Positions 24,284-36,394 of a stretch of DNA of 64,000 nt are shown one piece after another. A model generated the notes under the pieces. The model did not search any database. It saw only the letters and a list, made by a program, of their open reading frames with translations, and was not told where the DNA came from. Within the stretch, counting starts at the first letter, position 1. Every line of letters begins with the position of its first letter. The translations under genes were made by a program, and so were the position numbers. Source of the DNA: Macrostomum hystrix (taxonomy: Eukaryota; Animalia; Platyhelminthes); assembly GCA_950097015.1 (NCBI GenBank), contig CATNEN010000032.1:930001-994000 (forward strand). Reading direction: 5' to 3'.

Positions 24284-26320
24284 TGCAATGCCAATTGGGG
24301 ATTATTAATCAAGGCTGGAATATGATCAGAAAGGCTTGGAGAAGAAACTATGAAATACATACAATACTATTGATTTGAAGAAAAAAGAACAAAATATAGT
24401 AACAAAATATGAAAATAATTGAGAAGTTAAAACAAAGGACAAACTCAGAAATCAAAATGCTAAAAAATTATAATTATGTTAAAAGTATTCTGCATCTCTT
24501 TTGTTCTTTTGCATACATTATAACATTAACTTTACAGAGATTTGCCTAGGTAATATTTGTAGAACTTATGATGCCTGGATATATAAGAACTAAAGTATTT
24601 ATTATTTCATTGAACTGCAATGTACATTATCTTTCTGAGTTAAAATTAGTATGAAGTTTGCACTAGTTGCACTATTAACAGACAAGAAGCCTGATTGGTC
24701 AATACAGAATTTGAATTAAGATAAATAATATTATGATTTACTAAAATGTATATTTCAATTAAAAAAAATGCATTTTTTATCCATACATAGTTTACAAGTG
24801 TTGGCCTAACATAATGAATTTAAATTCGAAAAAAATATTTTGTTTGATTTTCTCATATCTGCTTTAGAGATTAAGGCAATATTCTAGTTTTTTACATTTA
24901 ATAAATTCATACAAGACAAAAATGTTGTTTTCAGTCAACAAACAACTAACAAAAAACCAAAAAGCCACTTGATGTCAGAGTGATATTTATATTTCAGATT
25001 ACATATTAGTGTGCCAACGAGAAAAACATACTCTGATTGCACTCCACTATCAGATTGAAGGGTTTAAGTTGTATAGATCCTCAGCATTGTAGGCCTGTAA
25101 CAAGAATGATAGTAGTCAGTGCCATAGGACATCTAGCCTGATTGCTAAGAATAATTAATCATCTAACTTTCTGTCTTTCCTACACCTATTATTTCTTTCT
25201 TAGGGTCTTGCCATAGACAAAACCATACACTGACATATCCACCACTACTTGGCAATAGACAGCAATGGCACATCATAAAAAACTTATGCAAATTATTTAC
25301 TTTGTTAAACCTTGAGAAAGTCATTACATTGGTTAAAATATTAATTTTGTTTTGCACAACTATTGGTTTATTTTCAAACACATGCAAAAGCCAATTTATA
25401 GATCTATATATTTATTGGCAATGCTTATCCCCATGGTACTGTAGAAATAATTTTTGTCTTATTCCTACGGTACCGTGGGAATAATTTCCTGCTTATCCGC
25501 ATGGCACACTGACGAGATAGCTGTCCTATCTTCAAAATATTCCGTGGGAATAATTTCCTGCTTATCCACATGGCACACTGATGAGATAGCTGTCCTATCA
25601 TCTATCTTTTTATCATGATTGCAATTTTCCTTTTTTCTTCTGGTTTTTAAAAGCAAGTAAACAAATTAAAGTTTTCTGCTTTTTTCACAAGTAGTTACCC
25701 AATACGGCGGTCCGTGGAAATGCCGAAACTGACGAAACGGGCCGAAACAAACCGAAACGGACCGAAACGGACCGAAACGGACCGAAACGGACCGAAACAA
25801 ACCGAAACGGACCGAAACGGACCGAAACAAACCGAAACGGACCGAAACGGACCGAAACAAACCGAAACGGACCAACTGGAACCTGAAAATGACAAAATTA
25901 TTGATCGAGGGCAAACTATGGCTGATTAAAGCATCCGCCGTGCAAAGTGAAGCAACATCGGTGTGAGGGAGTGCGATCAATAGCTACCGTACGTGCGATA
26001 TTAGGGTGTGTGTTTTCTGTATTTTGTAATGCCGTTGCAGTTGCATATATCGAGTCGTCATTGCCTTTGTGCTTAGAATAGAATTTCAACCCTTGCTTAT
26101 TGTATACTATTACGGGTCGTTTTAAAAGAAGCTTCAGTTTACATACCATACGCTTTTTCAAATCAATCGTGAGTTCTTTGTGCAACACTTTGTTTAAACT
26201 AACTTACAGGAGCAGTTAACAAATTAAACTTACAGTATTCGATTTTGGACCGCCACGTGCAGACTATCAAATCACCAAGCCACATTTCAATCAAGACGGT
26301 AAAGATCCTAGCAGTGTGCT

Positions 26321-29300
26321 ATGAGGATTCGGAGTCCTATGTACCCCTGCACTGGGTGTGGTCTTGAATGCGCTGACGATACAATCTATTGTTGTGGATG
26401 CCAGTGTTGGAGCCATCGAACATGTCTTGCAATGAGCGAAGTGTTGTTTGCTAAGTGGGATTCCTCAAATGCAGACTTCCTTTGTCCCACGTGTGTCCAC
26501 ATCAACGATGGAGGATATGACATTCAGGGTGCTCTCTCTAGGTGAGTAAATGCTGTAGTGTGGTCTTCATATTAAATTCACAAAATTCTATTGCTGCAGG
26601 GGCCTCGTGGCCTAATCACAGTGCTGTGCCCCACCAGATGTATATAAAATTATACATTTTGTCTATCTTAAGATTCTTCCCTTATGACTTATGCTAGTCC
26701 CTAGGCCTATGACTTGCATCTTGATTAGAATCAAATTGATGTTCTTTGTGGTAGTGCTAGAGAGAGTAGACCTTACAAATGGTGGGCTTTAGAGTTCTGC
26801 CATAGCTATGGATATGTCTATGAGAAGTTACAGATATGGATTTTTTCATAAAAGATATGGATATGGATAGGCTATGGGAAAATTAAGAGGTTATGGATAT
26901 AGATATGGATATGGGAAAATTTTAGTTATGGTGGAACTGAACTCTAGTGGGCTTCTTCATCAACAGTGATATAAAATGGTGGAAAGCATATTCTATAAAA
27001 ATAGAGAATGGGGTAAAAGTCATCAACCAAACAAGAAATCAATGATTTTATATATTCAACCTTTTATTAAACTTTCAGTATGCTTCATATCAAAGTGAAG
27101 CTAACCCAAAGTTGCAGAAAGTTAATATTTTTCTTTTGAAGAATATTGTTTTATCCAAAGCAGTTAATTAAGTTGAAAGAGGTAATAGACCACTTTCTAT
27201 CAAAACCAAGCAACAATTTTCATGCATTGTCAAGCTGAACAAAGAATCCGATGTTCTGTTTTTCATTTTGGCATAGTAAAGGCATCATAGAACTTGAAAT
27301 ATCATAACAAATGAATAAAATAGTTAGGAAGAATCACATGAAAGATAAATATGACTTTCATTTCTCTTGAATGGTTTGGTTGATGTTTTACCCTAAGGGC
27401 TTTTGATAAAAAAATGGGAAAAAAATATATACTGTACTTAGTAGTATAGTAGTAAGCAGTAAGTAGTTGCAAAGGAAAACTAAAACTTCAACTTCACTGT
27501 CATATGACATATTCAAGGAATTACTCATATCTGGATCATTTTTCTACATTCTCTTAATAGATTACATGCAATTCTAAATGTATCATAAAGCTCAGATTGA
27601 GAACTGCTACAGTCTGCTATAGTGCATGATAGAAATCTTGATAAACTTGTATAAAGCATTTCCAGTGGATTTTGCAAGTCAGCTAGCTCAAATTCAACAT
27701 AAAAGTTGCTACTTTCTTTTGTTTCAACAATTTCAGGCTACAGACTTCAGTGGCTATGTCTGCTAGTGAGCGCGAACAACTTCTGCTGGCGACATACTTT
27801 GTAGAACCACAACTTCAAGAGGTCATCTTTGGAAATGCTGGCACCGATAAGACTGGTACTGATGATATTGCCAAGAAGATTTTGCTGCTGTTCCAGCCAT
27901 GTGTACTCAATTTGTACCACCCTGCAGCTGTTGCTGGGGATGGCAACTGTTTTTATCGTGCAGCCTCCCTGGCTCTCTATGGCACACAGGAGCACCATCT
28001 GTACCTTCGTTTGCGAATTGGGCTAGAGTTGATTGACAACAGATCATTCTATGATTTGGAAGCAGCAAACTTTACTGATCTAATAAATGACTGTCGGATC
28101 TATACACCACCATTTCTAGATGTAATGATGAGTGCTGTTACTCCTGGCTCCTATGCAGAGATGATTCACTTCTTTGCACTGAGTGCTGCCATTGGTAAAG
28201 CGATTCAGTCATATCATCCACCAAATGCTCTTATTTCTTGTGACCAGCATCCATACACACGCCTTGTGTGTGGTCGTGGTGTCCGCCGTCCATGCAGTCC
28301 GGTAATCACATTAATGTGGTCTCACTTTTCGCACGTTCCAGCCAAGGCAACTGCACTCGTTGCGAACCATGTCATTCCACTCATACGAATAGTCGATGCA
28401 ACACATGAGTCACCAACAAGTGTTGAGATGGATGAGGAGGGGGCAGAGGACTATAGTGAGAACTCACGAGTTGACGACTCGAGGAATGATGGCGAAAAGG
28501 ATGGTGAAGTTGGGAGTGACGAAGGTGAGTCGCATGCGAGGAGGGCTGAAGAGAAGAATGCGCAGGAAAGTGAAGAGGCAGCGAATGACAATGGTGCTGG
28601 AGTGGGGGACAAGGACAAGACGCGTTCGCAGAAGTCAAAGAAGAAGAAAGGCACAAAGAGAGAGAATGAAGCTGCAGGCGATGATGCTGGGGTGGAGGAG
28701 AGTGGCGCTTCAAGTTCGCAGAAGTCAAAGAAGAAGAAAGGCACAAAGAGAGAGAATGAAGCTGCAGGCGATGATGCTGGGGTGGAGGAGAGTGGCGCTT
28801 CAAGTTCGCAGAAGTCAAAGAAGAAGAAAGGCACAAAGAGAGAGAATGAAGCTGCAGGCGATGATGCTGGGGTGGAGGAGAGTGGCGCTTCAAGTTCGCA
28901 GAAGTCAAAGAAGAAGAAAGGCACAAAGAGAGAGAATGAAGCTGCAGGCGATGATGCTGGGGTGGAGGAGAATGGCACTTCAAGTTCGCAGAAGTCAAAA
29001 AGAAAGAAGTACAAGGACACAAGAAGAAGAGCGGACGAATCAATGAGCACCGATGATGAGAAGCAATCCAATTCTGACTCAGATCCAAAGAATGCAAAGA
29101 GGAAGAATGATTACATCGCCGACGAGTCAAACCTGTTTACTGATTATGGAACTGATTCTAGTCTACCAGGAGGAAAATTCATGTCTGGCCAAAAAGTTTA
29201 TGAGGTTTTGACTACAACCGGGATAGAGAATGCCCTAAAATCAGTTCCGACTGGAAAAAAGGACAATGTATACTTCGTGGTTGACAACACTGACAATATA

Positions 29301-30962
29301 CAGCGTCGACTGGGTGGCAAGAAAAGCCTTTTTTGGGATGACTGTGGAGCGTGGGTCTCATCAAATTCGCCTACTATTAGAGTTCCATATTTATGTGCAA
29401 GTAATCGTCTTGGATCTCGATTGCATCGTAAAGAAGAAAAATACTGCACTGAATTTCAGTGCAGTAACAAACGCTACTATGTTCCACTATCTCCACAGCC
29501 ATTGAAGGAAGACGTTGTTACTTTTGTGCACCATTATTCAAGTTTGAAATTTGGCTCACAATCTGCTTCGAGCTATCGTCGCCGGATTACTTGGATTGAG
29601 AGTGCAGCACACTCAATTGCCATTTTTGAATACGCAGGTACATTCCCAGGACACAAGCAGCATGGGAACGATAGTGCAGAAGATTCACACTTCATTCGAA
29701 CACCAGAAGAAACTATACAGAAAATGAAGGAGATGCTGAAGTCGCTTCCACCTAGAGAAGTTTATGCTAAGTTAGTGAAGGACAATTTGGAAGAGAGTGA
29801 GAAGTCTCCTCGTAATCTTCAACAAGTAAGAGATGCAAATCGTAAAAATGCTTCGGGGCACAGGGTGCCATTCGCAAACCCTGCAGACGAGTGGTTGGCT
29901 GTCGTTGAAATGCTTCAAATGAATGAATTTGTACGACATGTAATTCACCCACATGGAAGGCCGCCTTGCGCTGTTCTGTACACAGATAAGCAACTGCGAG
30001 ACGTTAAAGAATTCTGCTGCGGTTCCAACGCAAGTGTACTGTCATTCGACAAAACATACAATCTGGGCTCTGTTTTTGTTACCCCTAGTTCGTATCAGAA
30101 CTTGGCTTTGTATCGCAAATCAACAGGAGATACCCCCATTTTTATGGGGCCAATCTTTTTACATGGCAATTCTGATGCCACGACATATAACTACTTCTTC
30201 AGCCATTTATCTTTGATGCTGGAACATTCACCTCAAAAGAAGATTATTCTTGGATCGGATGCTGAGCTGGGGATGCGTAAGGCAATGATGCATTCCTTTC
30301 CATACGCGTTTACAGTGGCATGTACAAAGCATTTGAAGGACAATGCCAAAAGGCAGCTATCAGACACATGTGGTGTTGATAAGTACGAACGAAAGAAAAT
30401 TATTTCACAAATTTTCGGTACACATGGACTTGCCAACTCTAATACAGTGACTGTTTTTGATGCTGCTGTGGCACAGCTTATACATGAAATGCGAAGTGCA
30501 ATCCCAGCATTTGCGAAATACTGTGCCTCACACGTGCTACCACTGTTGCGAGAAAGCATTGTCTGCGAGCGTCACTTGTGGACGACCAACAATGCTGAGT
30601 CGCTGAATCACGTTTTGAAGATGAAAATAAGTTGGACACCAAGAAACCTTCCTGACTTGATTTTTCGCTTGGAGGAGCTATCGAGGCAGCAGCATTTAGA
30701 AGCAGAAAGAGCTCTCATCGGCTTTGGCGAGTTTCGACTGTCCTGTATGTATGTACATCATCAAATCACTCTCGATGCTTGGAAGAAAATGTCAAAAAAA
30801 CAAAGAGATGCAGCTTTCCAAAAGTGCTTTCGAATGATTAAGGATGAAGGAGTGTTCACATCTACCAATGGCAGGTTCAAAACTATGAGGAAACCATCTG
30901 CTGGTAAGAAGCCCCACCAGAAGCGACGACAGAAGGCAGAGCGAGCGACTCAGTTTCGATAA
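26321..30962 (+). CDS. PHD finger - OTU-like cysteine protease - MULE DDE transposase fusion, ~1148 aa, 2 exons
   Basis: Exon 26321-26541 (C4HC3: CTGC..CCGC-x4-HRTC..CPTC) ends at GTGAGT, phase 2. The acceptor TTTCAG leads into exon 27737-30962 in matching phase. OTU-like GDGNCFYRAASLALYG and distal NH. MULE motifs: LSFDKTYNL (D), LGSDAE (D), CTKH (CxxH), WTTNNAESLN (E). No internal stops. Confidence 0.9.
28625..29000 (+). repeat. Coding 90-bp repeat x4 (SQKSKKKKGTKRENEAAGDDAGVEESGASS) inside the MULE transposase
   Basis: Period of 90 nt measured between TTCGCAGAAGTC at 28625 and 28715; frame-preserving. Confidence 0.93.
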
Positions 30963-32709
30963 ATGTGTCAGCTAATTTGACAATGACAGGAATAAGTGCA
31001 GCGCTGCATTTCTAGCTATATATTTGTGTGCTTAGTTCGAATATTCGTTTTTATCCCGATAGAAATCCCATGCACATGCCAGTGCCAGTGACCATCACAG
31101 TCTAAACCATATGACCATTTTTATAGACAGCGACGGTAATCCTACGACTGACTATCTAGTGTGCTTTGTATTTCCAATTATTGTTCATTTACTTACCCCT
31201 GCCTAACCATATTTCTACTGCACCAGCCACTTTTTGTTTACCATCTCATATGCAACTGTCTGACTGTTACAGTAAGTACATATAGGAATTTTTAAGTGTG
31301 CAAATAATTTTTTTGCCAGCTGTGTTTCCTACTATACATGTACTACTTACTAGCTGTATGATGCTGTCGTGGAAAGCTGTTTGCATTTGCATTTTATTTT
31401 ATCCTGCTTATTATGAATGTGATGTACTTCACATAAGGACCATTAGTCTTCAACTGCAACCTCAACTTCTATTTCATGCTAAACAACGTCTACCAGCCCA
31501 CCAGTGTCAACATGTTTTTTTGCTAAAGATGAATTTCAAAGCATTGGGCCAACATGATTCCAAACCACCCTTGCATTCATGCACTGTATCTTAAGTCCAT
31601 CAATTCAGATTCCCTTGCTGAGTGAACGGAGTCAAGTATAGTAAAACGCTAATTGATTACTTTACTGAGTAAGAAGTAAAGATTTTAGCTGCTGCAATTT
31701 AAGAGAGAGAGAGAGAGAGAAGTGCACAAGCACCGGAGCCTATCGGTTCTGGGTGGGCTATTCCCCTGGGTGGCTGCCACATTGAGAAGCACCTGACATT
31801 CTCTCAATAGCTTCATGGAAATTAATTTCTTCCTTTGGGATAAGTTTCCCAACCTACCTTACTTTCGTTCTGATTATTTTTGTATTGCTATCTGCTGCTT
31901 TTAGTTGTCGATTTTGCCTGACATTTCCTGCTGAAGAAACGCGTGAAAGATTTTTTACCATCTTTTGGATCGTCAGTTTTGCTTTATATACTGTAAGTCT
32001 TGCTGTCGGGTCGCACACTTTATTTTGCACCGCTGGCTTCCATGTGTACATTTTGGCGCTCACTGCATTTTTACATTATTCTTGCTTATAAGTTTTGCTT
32101 TTTCTGCTGTCGTTCTGCTGCTTTTAATCAATTTTTGCTATTCTCACTTGACTTGCCGATTTGTGCCGCTTTTAAATTGTGCCAGTAACGTTTTGTCAGC
32201 CCAACGGAATTGACTTTATAGATTCGTACTACCTGTCAGTGTCTTCACCTCGCTTTTATCAACCACAACCAAATTTATCAACCACATTGACTTTTATGTC
32301 TATGAAAGATGCTTTTTGCAAAAAAGGTTTTTGTTTGCCTTTTTCTTACCATCTCTTTGAGTCTCTTTGACTTGCTGAAATTAAACTGCTCTTAACTAAA
32401 CCGTTTTTCGAAAAAAACTTTCAATAATTTTATCTTACATTTTTTCGTTCCAAATTATTTTTAAAACGTATATCGGAGCGCAATGAGTAAAATCGATTAA
32501 CTACAGTATAAACATTCTATTACATGTACTTCAGCATCGTTGAAATTCTAGTGGAGTCGACCTTCGGCGGTATATAAATTTTCATCAATTCAGATACATG
32601 TATAGTTACTGCAAGCCTTGTGCCTTCGTGTTTTGAATTCGATTATGCTGTAAGATAGGCTTGTGCGGCCAATTCGCTACAGAGTATTAGCAATTCAATG
32701 CGCGCAATG

Positions 32710-33352
32710 TTAATGTACTACGAGTACAACAATGTTTGGCTCTAGTTCGGATTTGATAGTTTCAAGAAGGTCATCGGCAAGAGAAGAGAAAGCGTTTGGG
32801 TAGTAGTCGACCAGACAGCGATCATTGACAAAGGATGTGGAGGTAAGACCCGAGGTGTTGATGGGCACTAGACCAAGTGGGCTTGGAGCGGCAGAAACAG
32901 CTTCCCCACTCACTACTCTCAAGATTGCCGGTACCGGTGCCAGAAGTTGAAGGCGAGGTCGGAGGAGTCGCAAATTCAGGTCTCGCGCCGTCGGCTCCAA
33001 CGGTACTGTCAGCCGAAGCGATGTCGGTGTCTATCTCGATCGGGGAGTCGTCTCGGAGGGTCGTCTCGGCGGTCTCAGCAGACTCGGCCGGGTGCTCAAC
33101 GATCTTCTCGTGACCGGAGTCGCTTGCACAGTTGGAATCGCTGGGACGGCCGGGGATCGAGGATCGCCCTGGTACGGCCTTAGGCTTCTTGGCGGCCGCT
33201 GCTGCTGCCGACTCTAGACTGGCACGGGAGTTCGACGGCCGCTGGCGCTTGGATGAAGTGGCTGGAGGGCCGGGGATGAGCTCTGCACCTGGCTTCTTCG
33301 ACGCCGATGCCGCTGAAGACCTGGCCGGAGGTCGACTGCCGTTGCTGCTCAT
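32710..33352 (-). pseudogene. Frameshifted S/A/P-rich ORF inside the MULE; possibly a retroelement ORF1 fragment or captured host sequence
   Basis: ATG at 33352 opens 176 aa, and an overlapping frame continues to 32710. No recognisable domain. A GA-rich upstream block lies at 33500-33830 and an (AG)n tract at ~31701-31718. Confidence 0.3.
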
Positions 33353-36168
33353 GCCCGAGCGAGATTTGCTAATGTGGAGACTTTCTATTCTATGCTTGCT
33401 ATGTAAATATGTTATAATAATAAAATAAATAAATGTAAAAGTTGCTATTTACCGTCAAAATAGACAGAAAGACTAAAGTCTAAGTGCAATGAAAGCTATT
33501 TGGTGTCTAAAGTTCACTATGACTAGCTAAGCTAAGCTAAGGGACACAGTGAGCCTGCTAGCGCAGGGAGGGGGAGGTGCCAACCGACAGACAACAGGTG
33601 AGTACACGCCTAGCCGGGGGGAACCGGGCGCTCACTCACAAGCTGAGAGACGGAAGGCAGATGGAAAGGATCTAGGCAGGTGAGAAAGGGGCGATCGGCA
33701 CTGCCAGTGGAAAGGGTAGTAAAGCTATAGCTGGCGTGCGCACGTGGCGGCAAAGCGGAGAAAGCGAAATAGGCAAAAGGCACGGCCGGGGCGCGAAAGC
33801 TGGACTGGACAAGGGAGGCAAGCTTATACCAACAAGCTTAGCTTATAGCAAGCTTATACCAAAGGGATGAAGCGATGAATTTTCTTGCGATAGAATTGGC
33901 TCGTATATATAGCACGGGGGAGTGAGGTTGCTGCACAAAGATGTTACGAGGTTTAAACGTAAAACCCGGAAATTTACACCGGAAAATAGTTACATGAATA
34001 GCTAGAAGAAATACCTATATCATATGCTTTATGCTGAAAATGTACACCAATTTCCGCCTAATTGATGCACATTTTCAGCATTAAGCATAGAGAATACTTT
34101 CATAAGAAACCCCCCAGGAGTCAGCGGAATGGGCAGAATTGCCTCCCCGCTGGCTGTGGGACGATGACGCCAAACGTGCTGCGCCAGTGAGCCCACTGCC
34201 CTCCTGCAATTATTGTTATTATTCGCCCCCCCCCGACTTTGTTAATCAGGCTTCAGTTCCCAGTCCCCAATCAGGCGCGAGTTTGAAAGGGAAAAAATCC
34301 GACATCAACATCAGGTACACGTTACATATATGCATATAGATTCTGAAGTTAAGTCTCCCGATTCGTCCATTTCGGTTGGTTTCGGTCCGTTTCGGTCCGC
34401 TTTGGTTGGTTTCGGTTCGTTTCGGTCCGTTTCGGTTCGTTTCGGTCCGTTTCGGTCCGTTTCGGCCCGTTTCGGTTCGTTTCGGTCCGTTTCGGTCCGT
34501 TTCGGCCCGTTTCGGTCCGTTTCGTCCGTTTCGGCATTTCCACGGACCCCCCAATACGGTGGCTTTTTGAGGTATATAAAATATATATTTCTATTATTTA
34601 TATATTTAAAAGAATACAACTGAAGTGTGTATTTTTCTAATCTTATAGCTCAAGCCTTTTAAGTCTATAATCCCACGGAATATGTTGAAGATAGGACAGC
34701 TATCTCGTCAGTGTGCCATGCGGATAAGCAGGAAATTATTCCAACGGAATATGTTGAAGATAGGACAGCTATCTCGTCAGTGTGCCATGCCAATAAGCAG
34801 GAAATTATTCCCACGGTACCGTAGGAATAAGACAAAAATTATTTCTATGGTACCGTGGGGATAAGCACTGCCATATTTATTATTTATATAATAAATAGGT
34901 ATTTTACCACACAGGGGTATATTCCTACATACATCAAGATAGGATCCTACATCAAGATAGACTAAAAAATATAATGATCAAGTTAGCAGAAACAAAGCTA
35001 AAAGCCAACCAATGAAGCACAAAAATACAGACAACATATACAAAAGACATTTTAGCTGCTTCCAATCAATTACAAAAATAATTTTATAAAAAAATCTGCA
35101 CTTTACAAAAATCTCAATTGGATGGTAAAGCATATAAGTTCTAAATCTGCTAAGCTTATTGACATATAGAAATATGCTCTGAAAACAAAATAATTAATTT
35201 ACTATTTTTCTAATGCCTTTTAGTACATCGAAAATGACTAACACGCATGAGGATGTTTAGTTATTTTCACTGGTGGCTAGCTTGGCTATTATGTGTGATA
35301 TAGCTTTTGAGGTATTTAGCTATTACAAAAGTGCACACCAAATTTGGTGTATCTTTGTTATCACGCTCAAAGTGCACAGTGCATCAATGTTGATCGTAAT
35401 AACAATTCATCGGACAGACAGGATCATTTGAACTTGACGCCAAAAAAATTTAAAGTTGAAAATTTTAACTTGATCCTAACAAAATGTAACCTTTATGAGG
35501 TTTTAAAAGTATTTTTTATAAACTTGCTTTTAATTTCCGTAACAGATATGCAAACTTGTAGCGTTTTTAGCTACTTTTTAAGCGTTAAATTGAAGCTTAA
35601 AATTTAGAAATTTGTTTCCTCGAAACATTTGGTAAAAATCAGGAATAAAAAAATGTTTTTGGTTCTGAACTACTGGTAGGCCTATTATAAATTTCTCACA
35701 TAACAGCAGTGCTTTTAAGTTTAAAGTCAATCTAAAATAATGGTTTCAAGTAAAAATTATGTTATGCCTCTGTAGCAGCTTTAACGTTAAATAATTGACT
35801 ATGTATTTGAATTCGACTATGTAAATGAACACGTTTTTAATTGAAATCCGTCAAAGTATGTTATCAAATATAGTTTGCCTATGCCTTGTTGTTCTTTGAC
35901 TATTTGATACTTGTAGTATAGCTATAAAATTTAACTATCAAGTGAAATAGCACTTCAACATCTCTTAAAATAGTCTTAGCTTTCCCTCTGTTGAACTTAG
36001 GCCTAGCTTGTAATTTATTTGCTTTTTACTTCTTGAGCAAAAACTGTTTTTGCCTGAGACAATATCTTCAGCCCAAATCACATGCTTTAATTTGATACAT
36101 TTGATACTTTTTCCAGTGATTCCTTGTGTATTTGATGGACCTTGATAGACAAAATGAATATAGGTTAA

Positions 36169-36394
36169 TATGAGTATAACTTGCGCCGACAGTTTCACCA
36201 ACAGTTTCACCAACAGTTTCACCAACAGTTTTCTAAACTCAAATGCTAAATTTACTTGTGGTGAAACTGTCGGTAAACATTTGCAGACAGTTTTCACAGA
36301 CAGTTTTGGAAAAAATTCAGAAAACTGTTTAGAAAATTTAGAAAGCTGTCGGTGGAAACTGTTGGTGAAACTGTCGGCGCAAGTTGTACTCGTA
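36169..36394. mobile_element. Small MITE (~225 bp) with ~40-bp TIRs
   Basis: TA(T/C)GAGTA(T/C)AACTTGCGCCGACAGTTTCACCAACAGTTTC is inverted at both ends, with internal 12-bp CAGTTTCACCAA repeats. The flanking duplication reads GGTTAA (6 bp) or AGGTTAAT (8 bp) depending on end assignment. Confidence 0.82.

Larger units (their letters stand above)
25707..34550 (+). mobile_element. Autonomous-looking foldback-type Mutator (MULE) element, ~8.84 kb
   Basis: Termini G(C/G)GGTCCGTGGAAATGCCGAAAC are followed by inverted subterminal arrays of 10-bp CCGAAACGGA units (25720-25870 and ~34370-34535). Flanking direct repeat CCAATACG (25699-25706, 34551-34558; extendable to 10 bp CCCAATACGG). Contains the transposase gene. 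Confidence 0.88.
25417..34872. mobile_element. MULE-type MITE (~600 bp when empty) split by a nested 8.8-kb element
   Basis: Long TIRs (25417-~25600 and ~34670-34872) start GGCA(A/G)TGCTTATCCCCA and each contains a 69-bp tandem sub-repeat. 9-bp TSD ATATTTATT at 25408-25416 and 34873-34881, the length typical of Mutator. Confidence 0.88.

Noticed and set aside
33545-33551. Isolated CACAGTG heptamer
   Set aside because: No following TIR similarity and no inverted partner; expected by chance.
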